Part shown: positions 1 through 9,561 of the stretch, piece after piece
How positions within the stretch are numbered: position 1 is the stretch's first letter
How the letters are laid out: each line of letters opens with the position of its first letter
NCBI GenBank assembly: GCA_049512315.1
Contig: JBEKXF010000015.1
Coordinates: 1-64,000, forward strand
Reading direction: 5' to 3'
DNA: 64,000 nt
From: Candidatus Aminicenantales bacterium
GTDB lineage: Bacteria > Acidobacteriota > Aminicenantia > Aminicenantales > Saccharicenantaceae
The notes under the pieces: generated by a model
Told to the model about the DNA's origin: nothing
What the model saw: the letters and a program-made list of their open reading frames with translations, nothing else
Databases searched by the model: none
Translations under genes and position numbers: made by a program

Positions 1-1207
1 AGAATCGAACGGCAGTTTCCAGAAATCGCTGAATCTCCTGATCATTGTTAAAGAGCGAAACACTGACCCTAATTTCCGAACTCTCCTTCCGTAGGGTCAC
101 GCTAATCTTTTCCCGCTTCAGGATTTGTTCGACCGTCGCAGGATCTTTCTTGAAGAAGAAAGATACGATCGAAGATCGGTTTCCTGGAGGCGTGCTGACT
201 TCAAATCCCCTTTCGCTCAATCCCTTGTGGAGTTTCCCCGTAAGGGCGATGGTGTGCGCGCCGATTCTCTCCACGCCCACCCTGTGGAGGAAATCCAGGG
301 CGGCCTCGAGCTGGTATACGGCTTCGAAGGCGAGCGTTGAGTATTCGTATTTCTTGGCGGTCCTGTAAACCTCGAACCGATAGCCCGGCAGCCTCTTTTC
401 CACCTGAAAAGCTCCCCAACGATCCGGCGGAAAGGATTCAAGAAGGTTCTGACGAATGTAGAAAGGCGCCACTCCGAATCCCGCAAGGAGCCATTTATAT
501 GTCCCGCTGGCGAAAAAGTCGATATTTTCCTGATGAGGATTCACAGGAAAAGCGCCAATAGCTTGAATCGCGTCGGCATAAAGATAAGCGCTATTCGAGT
601 GCGCGAGTTCAGCCAGAGCCTTCATGTCGTGGCAGAATCCGTTTTTATGGGAAACCCACGATACGGACACAAGACGAGTGCGCTTGTCCACGAGCCGCTC
701 GATGGCTTCCGTCGATACCGTACCCTCGTTCTGTTTGGCGATTCGCAACTCGATGCCAACGGTTTCTTCCAAATGTCTGTAAAGGAGGAACGTTGTCGTG
801 TAAGCAAGTTCATCAATCACGATATTATCCCCGGGGCGCAGCCTGAGCGATTGTGCGATGATATTCTCGCCTTCGCTGGTCGAAAAAATGAAGCCGATTT
901 CTTCTTTGTCGACGCCCACGAGACGGGCAAACTTTTCCCGAGCCACGTCGGTCTTTGCCAGCATTTCGTCAAGAGAAAGGGGATGCCGAGACTTGGAGCC
1001 GATGAAGGCTTTAGCGGCTTCCTCTACCTCTATCGGGGAGGGGGCGATGTATGCAGAGTTAAGGAAGACTTCGTCTCGACAGATAGGAAACTGTTGTCTT
1101 ACTCCCAGGGGGTCGTCTCCATGACGTTCCTGCTCCGCGCCGGCACTGGCTCCCAACACCGCCCCAAGGGATGCCATTTTCAGGAAACTCCGTCGATCGA
1201 ATGCCAT
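1..1207 (-). CDS. Aminotransferase class V-fold PLP-dependent enzyme with Tat-like signal (3' end runs off the window)
   Basis: Absent from the ORF track because it has no stop in the window. Hand translation from ATG 1207: MAFDRRSFLK...FLNSAYIAP...STSEG...LYADAIQAIG...SGTYKWLLAGFG...IRVSVSLFNN. These are class V motifs (DAxQ, PLP lysine in xKW). GGAG RBS upstream. Confidence 0.9.
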   Translation of the reverse strand, partial: MAFDRRSFLKMASLGAVLGASAGAEQERHGDDPLGVRQQFPICRDEVFLNSAYIAPSPIEVEEAAKAFIGSKSRHPLSLDEMLAKTDVAREKFARLVGVDKEEIGFIFSTSEGENIIAQSLRLRPGDNIVIDELAYTTTFLLYRHLEETVGIELRIAKQNEGTVSTEAIERLVDKRTRLVSVSWVSHKNGFCHDMKALAELAHSNSAYLYADAIQAIGAFPVNPHQENIDFFASGTYKWLLAGFGVAPFYIRQNLLESFPPDRWGAFQVEKRLPGYRFEVYRTAKKYEYSTLAFEAVYQLEAALDFLHRVGVERIGAHTIALTGKLHKGLSERGFEVSTPPGNRSSIVSFFFKKDPATVEQILKREKISVTLRKESSEIRVSVSLFNNDQEIQRFLETAVRF

Positions 1208-1353
1208 GATGATCATCTCCTCAAGGGTTGACTCGGGACAGGACACTGGGGATTCGCCCCATCCCTGTTGCAATGTTGATATCCTCCAATCCCAGTCCTT
1301 GATTTGGACCGTGGAAGAAACCGCGTCACAAGAACTCAAGGCATCTGAAAATC

Positions 1354-1362
1354 ATTATAACA
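1354..1362 (-). promoter_or_regulatory. Extended -10 promoter (TGTTATAAT) for the class V PLP gene
   Basis: Perfect TGnTATAAT on the minus strand about 150 nt upstream of ATG 1207. Confidence 0.5.
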
Positions 1363-1790
1363 TGCCTCGGTCAGATGGAGAAAATATGCGCAGTGATATG
1401 CTCCCCGGATCTTAGCCCATCTGAAGGACAATTATTGCAAAAGTTCATTATACGAATGACCTGCCCCCCTTAACTCGGTCCAGGAATAACGAGAAAAACC
1501 TGGAAGAATAATCAAGCCCTTGTGCCTTTTATCAGTAGTGCGCATTTATTGAGCAGGTCATTCCCGACGTTGTCTTGAATGGAGGGCAAGGGGTCGTTCC
1601 CAACTGGTTCGGGAGCATGAAATCGGGGCGGTTCAGTCCATTAAGGCCGAGGCAGACCTGCCTGCCATGTCACACGGGTGTCACCAAAATTGCTTAAATC
1701 TGCCTAATTCTGATAAACGGTGCTAAAACGAAAAACGCGATTTTCCCCATATGGAAGCGATTTCCAGGGGAAACCCGATAAATTCCAGTT

Positions 1791-1832
1791 TGGATTCGAA
1801 GTCCACCGCTCTATCCCCTGAGCTACGGGCGC
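1791..1832 (-). tRNA. tRNA-Arg(UCG) 5' fragment (acceptor 5' strand, D-arm, anticodon arm; no T-arm or 3' strand)
   Basis: Minus strand GCGCCCG-TA-GCTC-AGGGGATA-GAGC-G-GTGGA-CT-TCG-AA-TCCA, then unrelated sequence. No GTTCGA T-loop or CGGGCGC acceptor 3' strand follows. Confidence 0.8.
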
Positions 1833-1920
1833 GGCTCGTCGGGATATTCTAGCATAAAGTTGACTCGCATTTTCTTTATTGATAATCTTGGTCCAACACT
1901 GCCCCAGGGGGGGGTCAGGC

Positions 1921-4455
1921 ATGGAGACAGGCCGCCCGTCAGGAACTCTGCGCCGTATCGCCAAGATCAGGCCCGGCGAGGGGAAGCTCGCCTTTCTGCT
2001 TTTCTCATACTTTTTCCTCATCACCGCCCCCAACACCATCATCAACGCCCTCCGGACGACTGATTTCCTGGTGAAAATGGGGGTCGCGTGGCTCCCGGTC
2101 GCCTATCTCTTCGCCGTTGTCGTAACCGGTCTGGTTGTCTTTCTTTATTCCAAAGTCCAGCTCAGAGCGTCCATACCGGCTTTGATCACCTCCAGCCTCG
2201 TGTTCTTCGCCGTCTCAGGGCTTTTCCTGCAATGGGTCCTTCAGACGTACTACGGGCGGCGGAGCGCATTTCTCGCGTATTTTTACTGGACCTGGGCGAG
2301 CATCCTGATCGTTGTCCTCATCACCGGCTTCTGGATGACGATTAACGAGATCTACAATCCCAGGGAAGCCAAGCGTCTGATCGGGTTCCTCAACAGCGGC
2401 GGAATCCTGGGCGGAGTCCTGGGCGGACTGCTGGTGGGATTCTTGTCTGAGACCGTTCTCGGTGTCTGGTTGATGCCCCTGGCCTGCGTCATGCTCTTCG
2501 GCTGCGTCCTAGTCGTCCGGGCCATTTTCAGGACGCAAGAGAAACGGTCACAGGCGGACGACCGGGAACCGGCCGGACACGGGTTCCCGGAAAGACAAAA
2601 AGTGGGCTTTTTGGACAGCTTCGGTGCGGTCCGGAAGGACAGGTTCCTTACCCTCATCGCCGTGATTGTGGCCATCGGGGTCATCGTCTCGACATGCATC
2701 GAATTCCAATTCCTCTCCGCCTCCTACCTGCACTTTTCAGCCAGGCCGAAAGCCCTGCAGGCCTTCTTTGGTTTTTTCGACCCCGCCCTGACCATTTTCG
2801 CCCTCTTCCTGAACTTCCTGATGGCGGGGTATTTTCTGAGGAAGCTGAACGCGGCCCATACCTTGCTTCTCACTCCGGCGGTGATTCTTGTCTGCTCTCT
2901 GGCGGTCCTTCTCACTCCTTTCGGTCTGCTTCCCGGAATTCTCATCAGGGGCGCCGATGAAAGCCTGGACTTCTCCGTGAGTCATCCGATCCGGGAAATA
3001 ATGTATATCCCCGTGCCTGCTCATCTGAGACACAAAGCCAAGGCCTTCATCGACATGTTCGTCAGCCAGTTCTCCAAGGTCGTCGGGGCTCTTGTGCTCC
3101 TCGCCTTCGCCCTTCTCCTGAATAAAAAAGTCGAGGGCCTCACTCCCGCTTTTGACCCGGCATTGGCCAGGTATCTGAGCTGGGTCATCATCGCCTTTCT
3201 CGTCCCATGGGCATGGTTCAGCCTCAAGATCGGGAAGGAGTACCTCGCGACCCTTCAAGGGAATATCAAACCGATCTGGGACCGGGCCGAGAAGGACCTG
3301 ACGGCCAAGGTCGACGTCGAATATGCCAAGCTCGTTTTCGATACCATCGACAGCCGGAACCGAAGCTCGGTTCTCTACGCGCTCCATCTCTATGACCTTT
3401 TGGCGCAGGACAAGCTCAGCCCGGACATCAAAAAAATCATCGAAGAAAAATCCGTGGAGGTCCGGACCGCAGCCCTCATGGACAGGTTCAAGGCCGAAGG
3501 GACGGCCCGGTTTCCGGAAATTCCCGACGACCTCCGGCCCGAGGACATCCTGGCCGAGATCCCCCTCATCCTATCCTCTGACGAATACCAGCAGGTGATG
3601 AAATCGTACCTGGACAAGGTGCTGGCGGAAAGCCCACCTTCAGAGATTCACAAGATGGAGCTGGCCAAGGCCATCGGCCTAATGGCTCCGGCTTCCCCTC
3701 TGGCCGACCCGCTCCCAGGGCTCATCGACGATCCTTCTCCTGAAGTCTCCTGTTTCGCCCTGAAGAGCGCGGCCAGGCTCAAGAGAGTCGGCGACATCCC
3801 GGCGATCATCCGGAAGCTGGGTAATTTCGTAACCCTGGAGGACGCCGTCGACGCCTTGCACAAATACGGCGACGCGGCGATCGGCCCGCTCGAAGAGAAC
3901 CTGCATGATGGCTCCAAAGAGATGGTTTTGAGAATGGCTGTGGTCGAAGTCCTGAGCCGGATCGGAACGCGGAAGGCCGTCCAGGCCCTGATGGAGGAGC
4001 TGGAACACGGGTCCGGCGGGCTGGACGAGGCGCTCATCGATGCCCTGGACCGCGTCCGCTCGGAAGATGCCGAGATCCCGTTATCGGTCTTGGCGCTAAA
4101 AAGGAAAACCTTCTCGTTCATCAAAAAATACTGCCAGACCTTTGTCGACATCCAGCGCCTGGGTCCCGGAGAGGAGAATGCGAAACTCCGGCATCAATTG
4201 GCGAGAAACCTGGAGATTTATTTCGCGGAAATCTTCAAGCTGCTGGGCTTGTATTATCCGCAGGAAGACATCCGCACGGCCTTCCAGAATATCGGTAAAG
4301 GCACGCGGAATTCAGTGGCCGACGCGATCGAATGGCTCGACAACGCCCTGAAAAAAGACGTGAAGGAGGCTCTCCTCCCGATCGTCGAAGACCTGGACCC
4401 TGCGGAAAAAATGGCCAGATTTCAGAAGATGCTTAAGGGTTTTCCCGACTTTTAG
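1921..4455 (+). CDS. Npt1/Npt2 (TLC/NTT) nucleotide-transporter-like MFS protein with C-terminal HEAT repeats
   Basis: About 12 TM helices; FW..INEIYNPREAKRLIG, REIMYIPVP and KAKAFID motifs; HEAT-like helical tail. Start taken at ATG 1921. Confidence 0.8.
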   Translation: METGRPSGTLRRIAKIRPGEGKLAFLLFSYFFLITAPNTIINALRTTDFLVKMGVAWLPVAYLFAVVVTGLVVFLYSKVQLRASIPALITSSLVFFAVSGLFLQWVLQTYYGRRSAFLAYFYWTWASILIVVLITGFWMTINEIYNPREAKRLIGFLNSGGILGGVLGGLLVGFLSETVLGVWLMPLACVMLFGCVLVVRAIFRTQEKRSQADDREPAGHGFPERQKVGFLDSFGAVRKDRFLTLIAVIVAIGVIVSTCIEFQFLSASYLHFSARPKALQAFFGFFDPALTIFALFLNFLMAGYFLRKLNAAHTLLLTPAVILVCSLAVLLTPFGLLPGILIRGADESLDFSVSHPIREIMYIPVPAHLRHKAKAFIDMFVSQFSKVVGALVLLAFALLLNKKVEGLTPAFDPALARYLSWVIIAFLVPWAWFSLKIGKEYLATLQGNIKPIWDRAEKDLTAKVDVEYAKLVFDTIDSRNRSSVLYALHLYDLLAQDKLSPDIKKIIEEKSVEVRTAALMDRFKAEGTARFPEIPDDLRPEDILAEIPLILSSDEYQQVMKSYLDKVLAESPPSEIHKMELAKAIGLMAPASPLADPLPGLIDDPSPEVSCFALKSAARLKRVGDIPAIIRKLGNFVTLEDAVDALHKYGDAAIGPLEENLHDGSKEMVLRMAVVEVLSRIGTRKAVQALMEELEHGSGGLDEALIDALDRVRSEDAEIPLSVLALKRKTFSFIKKYCQTFVDIQRLGPGEENAKLRHQLARNLEIYFAEIFKLLGLYYPQEDIRTAFQNIGKGTRNSVADAIEWLDNALKKDVKEALLPIVEDLDPAEKMARFQKMLKGFPDF

Positions 4456-4552
4456 CGAAGCCCCGTTTTATTTCCGGGTCGCCGTTTCCATCGCGGCCCT
4501 GACCCTCTCTTTCCTCATCGGGAGCCGGCAGAGGGGGCCGCTATGAGGCGGG

Positions 4553-5257
4553 CTAAGCCTTCGCCTGGTAACCTACAGTCTGGGCGAACAGGACGTGCTG
4601 TTCGGGTCGCAGCTTGAACTCGCCGGCCGTGTTCACCCTATCGCAGTTGTGGAACCAGGCCGCCAATCCCCGCGAAGCCGCGAACATATAGACGTTCTGG
4701 GCGATGAATCCGGTGTCAGTGTAATAATAGGATTTCTGGACCTCGGGGTCGCCGATGGACCGGTCCGGCTGTCCCTTCCCGACGACGTATTTCGAGAGGT
4801 CGACGACATAGAAGATGTTCACGGGCGCCTTCACCGCCGTTCCTCGGCCAGCCCTGGCCCGGAAATCGCCCGCCGCAACGGGAGCCAGGCGGTGGGGCAC
4901 CGCCTCATAGAGGTAAACGCCCTGCGGCAGGACGACGTAAAGGTCGATCTCCTGCGAATTGCTGGCCGACGGGGCTGTTCGACCCGGCTTTCCCATGAGC
5001 CCCGCGTCCGGCCGGTTCACGCCGAAGGCCGCCCAGAGAAGATCCGAGAGCGTCTGAAGCGGAAGCGGGTCCGGACTAATGTTCCGGGTCGTTTTTCTTT
5101 CCTTCAGGGCCGCCGGCACGGACTTCCCGCCGTCCTCATCGGGTTTTGGCAGGTCGATCGGCTGGAGCTCCCCGGCGCGTCCGAGATCCGGAAAACCCAG
5201 GACGGCCATCGCCGGAAGGGCCGCCGCCGCGCCTTTTACAAACGTCCTGCGTTTCAT
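4553..5257 (-). CDS. Nitroreductase-family (SagB/ThcOx-like) protein with Tat signal
   Basis: MKRRTFVK signal; LSDLLWAAFGVNR, RTAPSASNSQEIDLY and DTGFIAQNVY motifs. Confidence 0.85.
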   Translation of the reverse strand: MKRRTFVKGAAAALPAMAVLGFPDLGRAGELQPIDLPKPDEDGGKSVPAALKERKTTRNISPDPLPLQTLSDLLWAAFGVNRPDAGLMGKPGRTAPSASNSQEIDLYVVLPQGVYLYEAVPHRLAPVAAGDFRARAGRGTAVKAPVNIFYVVDLSKYVVGKGQPDRSIGDPEVQKSYYYTDTGFIAQNVYMFAASRGLAAWFHNCDRVNTAGEFKLRPEQHVLFAQTVGYQAKA

Positions 5258-5300
5258 TCTCCCCTCCTTTGGCCGTTTTAACGGAGCTTTGAAATGATCA

Positions 5301-8300
5301 TCATCCCGGCTGTTGAACTGTTGATGACTCCGCCGGAGTTTGTCCGCCCTTCCCCCTCCCCCACCGTTTCCTGAGATTGTCGAAGGTGACGTAAATGACC
5401 GGCGTCACGTAGAGCGTGACGAGCTGCGAGAACAGCAACCCGCCGACGACCGCCAGCCCGAGCGGGCGCCGCGATTCGGCCCCGGCGCCGAAACCGATGG
5501 CGATGGGCAGCGTCCCGAGCAGGGCGGCCATCGTGGTCATCATGATCGGCCGGAACCGGATGAGACAGGCCTCGAAGATGGCGTCCTCGGCCTTCTTGCC
5601 CTCCCCGCGTTCGGCGGCCAGAGCGAAATCAACCATCATGATGCCGTTCTTTTTGACCAACCCGACCAGCATGATGACGCCGACAAAGGCGTAGATGCTG
5701 AGCTCGGTCCGGAAGAGGAAGAGCGTTACCAGGGCTCCGAACCCGGCGAACGGCAGGGCGGAGAGGATGGTCAACGGATGCACGAAGCTCTCGTAGAGAA
5801 TTCCCAGGATCATGTAGATGACGACGATCGTCATCAGGAGGAGGAAGCCGAGCCCGCTCATCGAGGACTGGAAGGCCTGAGCCGCGCCCTGGAAGTTCGT
5901 GCTGACCGAGGTCGGCAGGCCCTCCCTGGCGAGGCGGGTGATCTCGGCCACGGCCGGGCCGAGCGAAACGCCCGGCTTGAGGTTGAAAGAGACAGTGACT
6001 GAGGGGATTTGACCCTGGTGGTTGACCGTCAGGGGGCCGACCGTCGGGACCAGGCGGGCCACGGAATCGAGGGGCACGAGCCTCCCCGCCGACGACTGGA
6101 TGTAGAGCTTGGAAAGCTCCGAGGGGTCGTTCTGGTACTGGGGTTCGAGCTCCATGATCACATAGTACTGGTTCGTGGCGGCGTAGATCGTCGAGACCTG
6201 GCGGGAGCCGTAGCTGTAATAGAGGGCATCCTCGATCTGGAAGGGCGTGACGCCCAGGGCCAGGGCCTTGTCCCGGTCGATCTCGACCGTGACCTCGGGA
6301 TTCTGGAGCTGCATGTCGCTTGTCACGTCCTGGAGGAGCGGCAGGGCGCGCATCCGGGATTCGAGCTGGGCCGCGGCGCTGTAGAGGGTATCGACCTCGG
6401 GACTCTGGAGGGTGAACTGGTAGAGGCTCTTTGTGAACCGCCCGCCGACCGTGATGGGCGGCGGATTCTGGAGGAAGGAATTGATGCCGGTGATCCCGAA
6501 AAGCTTCGGCCGAAGGCTCTCGACGACCGCGTCTGCCTTGAGCGGCCTCTGGCCGCGCGGCTTCAGGCGGATGAACATCCGGCCCGCATTGCTGGCCCCG
6601 ATGCCGCCGATGGACGAGGCAAAGGACTCGACATTGGGGTCGTCCTGGATGACCTTCGCCACGGCGGCCTGATGCTCCGTCATCGCCTGGAAGGAGATGC
6701 CTTGGGCGGCCTCTGTGACGCCCATGAGCAGACCCGAATCCTCGCTCGGGATGAAGCCCTTCGGGATCTTCATGAAGAGGATGACGGTCAGGATAAGAAT
6801 GACCGCGGAGAAGGCCAGCGTCGCGCGCCGGCGCCTCAACACCCAGGCCAGGGTGACCCGATAGAAGTTGAGCGCGGCCTGGATGGCTTTTTCGGCCGCG
6901 ATATACAGGGCCCCATGTTTTTCCTGGCCCGGCGCCCGGAGGATGCGGCTGGCCATGGCCGGAGTCAGAGTCAGGGAGACGAACCCGGAAAAAAGGACCG
7001 CGGCGGCGATGGTGATGGCGAACTCGTGGAACAGCCGGCCCAGGATCCCGCCCATGAAGAGGATCGGGATGAAGACCGCGGCCAGCGACAGGGTCATCGA
7101 CACGATCGTGAAGCCGATCTCCTTCGAACCCTTGAGCGTCGCCTCGAAGGCCGGCTCGCCCATCTCCTGGTGGCGGACGATATTCTCCAGCATGACGATG
7201 GCGTCGTCAACGAGGAAGCCGATCGACAGAGTGAGCGCCATCAGGGATAGGTTGTCGAGGCTGTAGCCGAGGAGCTGCATCACCGCGAACGTCCCGATGA
7301 TCGAGAACGGCAAGGCCAGGCTGGGGATGATCGTCGCCCGGACGCTCCTCAGGAAGAAGAAGATGACGAAGACGACGAGGATCAGGGCGATGATGAGCGC
7401 GGTCCTGACGTCGTTGACCGAGGCCTGGATGGACTCGGACCGGTCGAAGAGGACCTGGAAGTCGACGGATGCCGGGAGCTGGGAGCGGAAGAGGGGCAGG
7501 AGTTTCTTGACGGCACTGGTCACGGCGACCGTGTTCGTCCCCGGCTGGCGCTGGATCGCGAGCATGACCGCCCGCTCGTGCGACTTATCCTTATAAGCCC
7601 AGGCCGCGACCTTGTCGTTCTGGACGCTGTCGATGACCCGGCCCAAGTCCTTCAGCCGGATTGGAGATCCGTTCCGGTAGGTCACGACGAGCTCGCGATA
7701 TTCGGCGGCGTTGTTGAGCTGGCCGTTGGACTGGATCGTGAAGGCCCGGTTGGGGCCGTAGAGCGTCCCCGTCGGCAGGTTCACGTTTCCGGCCTGGACC
7801 GCCCTGCTGACCTGGTCGATCCCGATCCCGCGCGAGGCCAGGGCGTCGGGGTCGAGCTGGACCCGGACGGCGTAAGCCTGCGAGCCGTAGACGGCCACCT
7901 GGGCGACGCCGGGGACCATCGAGATCCGCTGGGCGATCATCGTCTCGGCGTACTCGTCGATCGTCGCAAGAGGCAGGGCCTCAGACTTGAGGAGCATGAA
8001 GAGAATCGGCGTGTTGGCCGGGTTGACCTTCTGGTAATAAGGCGGCATGGGCATGTTCTGGGGAAGATAGCGCGAGGCGAAGGTCATCATTTCCTGGACG
8101 TCCTGAGCCGCTGCGTCCAGATTGCGGCTCAGGACGAACTGGAGCGTGATCATGGTCAGGCCGAGCTGGTTGGTCGAGGTCATGGAGTCCAGGCCCTGGA
8201 TCGTCGAGAACTGCTTCTCGAGAGGTGTCGCGACCGTCGCGGCCATGGTCTCCGGGCTTGCTCCGGGCAGACCGGCGATGACCAGGATGGTCGGGAAATC

Positions 8301-8420
8301 GACGTTCGGGAGGTCGCTGACAGGGAGGAGCCGGTAGCCCAGGATCCCGAAGATGAGGAGCGCCGACATCAGCAGCGTCGTCATCACGGGACGGCGGACG
8401 AAGGTTTCCGAAAAATTCAT
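5301..8420 (-). CDS. RND efflux permease (MdtB/MdtC/AcrB family)
   Basis: 1039 aa; LPVSDLPNVDFP, GFLVDDAIVMLENI and RFRPIMMTT motifs. Confidence 0.95.
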   Translation of the reverse strand: MNFSETFVRRPVMTTLLMSALLIFGILGYRLLPVSDLPNVDFPTILVIAGLPGASPETMAATVATPLEKQFSTIQGLDSMTSTNQLGLTMITLQFVLSRNLDAAAQDVQEMMTFASRYLPQNMPMPPYYQKVNPANTPILFMLLKSEALPLATIDEYAETMIAQRISMVPGVAQVAVYGSQAYAVRVQLDPDALASRGIGIDQVSRAVQAGNVNLPTGTLYGPNRAFTIQSNGQLNNAAEYRELVVTYRNGSPIRLKDLGRVIDSVQNDKVAAWAYKDKSHERAVMLAIQRQPGTNTVAVTSAVKKLLPLFRSQLPASVDFQVLFDRSESIQASVNDVRTALIIALILVVFVIFFFLRSVRATIIPSLALPFSIIGTFAVMQLLGYSLDNLSLMALTLSIGFLVDDAIVMLENIVRHQEMGEPAFEATLKGSKEIGFTIVSMTLSLAAVFIPILFMGGILGRLFHEFAITIAAAVLFSGFVSLTLTPAMASRILRAPGQEKHGALYIAAEKAIQAALNFYRVTLAWVLRRRRATLAFSAVILILTVILFMKIPKGFIPSEDSGLLMGVTEAAQGISFQAMTEHQAAVAKVIQDDPNVESFASSIGGIGASNAGRMFIRLKPRGQRPLKADAVVESLRPKLFGITGINSFLQNPPPITVGGRFTKSLYQFTLQSPEVDTLYSAAAQLESRMRALPLLQDVTSDMQLQNPEVTVEIDRDKALALGVTPFQIEDALYYSYGSRQVSTIYAATNQYYVIMELEPQYQNDPSELSKLYIQSSAGRLVPLDSVARLVPTVGPLTVNHQGQIPSVTVSFNLKPGVSLGPAVAEITRLAREGLPTSVSTNFQGAAQAFQSSMSGLGFLLLMTIVVIYMILGILYESFVHPLTILSALPFAGFGALVTLFLFRTELSIYAFVGVIMLVGLVKKNGIMMVDFALAAERGEGKKAEDAIFEACLIRFRPIMMTTMAALLGTLPIAIGFGAGAESRRPLGLAVVGGLLFSQLVTLYVTPVIYVTFDNLRKRWGRGKGGQTPAESSTVQQPG

Positions 8421-8433
8421 GACGCCTTCCCTC

Positions 8434-9561
8434 CTAGCGGCCGGTCCTGATCTCGACCCGCGCCCCGGAAGCGAGGCGGAGCTGCCCGTCCGTCACCACG
8501 CGCTCCCCGGGCTTCAGGCCTTCGGCGATGATGGATTCCTCGCCGTAGGCTCGGCCGACCTTGACCGGCCTCATTTCGGCGGTCATGTCGTCCTTCACGA
8601 CGTAGACGTACTGGCCGGCCTGCCCGGTCTGGACGGCCTGGGACGGGACGACGACCGCGCCCTTTTCCATGGTCAGGGTCAGACGGACATTCAGGAACTG
8701 CCCCGGCCAGAGGGCCCCGTCCCGATTGTCGAAGGTCGCCTTGAGCGTGATCGTCCCCGTGGCTTGGTCGATGGCGTTGTCGACGAAAGTCAAGACTCCC
8801 GAGACGGGCTGCTGTCCGTTCGCGGCCGGGATGGCGACCGTCTTCAGCGGCTCCCTGGCATTGAACTCCTTGATCCGGGGCAGGTGCTGTTCAGGAACCG
8901 AGAACGTGACATAGATGGGTGTCGTCTGGTAGATCACGACGGCCGGGCCCGCGTCGTTGGCCTTGATGATGTTGCCCTGGTTGATCATAAGGCTCCCGGT
9001 CCGGCCGTCGATCGGCGACCTGACGGTCGAATAATCGAGCTGCAGGCGGGCATTGGCGACTCCGGCTTCGTCGGCTTTGATCGCGGCGTTGAGAACGTCC
9101 CGGTTGGCCACGAGTGCATCGTACTGCTGCTTGGTCACGTAGTCCTTCTGGACGAGGTCCGCGTAGCGGGCGACATCGGCCTGGGCGTTGCGGAGGAGAG
9201 CCCGGTCCTTCTCGAGCAGGGATTCGGCCTGTTTCAAGGCGATTTCGAAGGGCCGCGGATCGATCGTGAGCAGCCTGTCCCCTTTCCTGACCGGCTGGCC
9301 TTCCTTGAAATAAACGCCCGTGACCTCTCCCCCGACTTGGGCCTTCACGGAGACCGTCGATATGGCCTCGACCCGGCCGACGGAACCGATCTCGAGCGGT
9401 ATGTCTTTTTGGAGAACCTGGGCCACGGAGACGGGACTCCCGGAAAAGGCCCTTCCGGACGTTTTGCTCCCGGAGGACGAGCAGGCCCCGGCCCAAAGGA
9501 CCGCCACGACCGCCGCCGCCGTCGATGCCAATCTGATGAACTTGTCAAGGGGAGTCTTCAT
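8434..9561 (-). CDS. RND periplasmic adaptor (MdtA-like membrane fusion protein)
   Basis: Lipoyl/hairpin motifs (V.G.V..V.FKEGQ.V.KGD.L..IDPRPF, SPIDGRTG, IDQATGTI.LKA); lies between permease and TolC. Confidence 0.93.
   Translation of the reverse strand: MKTPLDKFIRLASTAAAVVAVLWAGACSSSGSKTSGRAFSGSPVSVAQVLQKDIPLEIGSVGRVEAISTVSVKAQVGGEVTGVYFKEGQPVRKGDRLLTIDPRPFEIALKQAESLLEKDRALLRNAQADVARYADLVQKDYVTKQQYDALVANRDVLNAAIKADEAGVANARLQLDYSTVRSPIDGRTGSLMINQGNIIKANDAGPAVVIYQTTPIYVTFSVPEQHLPRIKEFNAREPLKTVAIPAANGQQPVSGVLTFVDNAIDQATGTITLKATFDNRDGALWPGQFLNVRLTLTMEKGAVVVPSQAVQTGQAGQYVYVVKDDMTAEMRPVKVGRAYGEESIIAEGLKPGERVVTDGQLRLASGARVEIRTGR

Noticed and set aside
533..1231. 232-aa plus-strand ORF
   Set aside because: Antisense shadow of the minus-strand class V PLP gene
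1779..1790. AAATTCCAGT shared between the tRNA junction and the right flank of the miniature element
   Set aside because: A single 10-nt match with no other shared structure; could be chance
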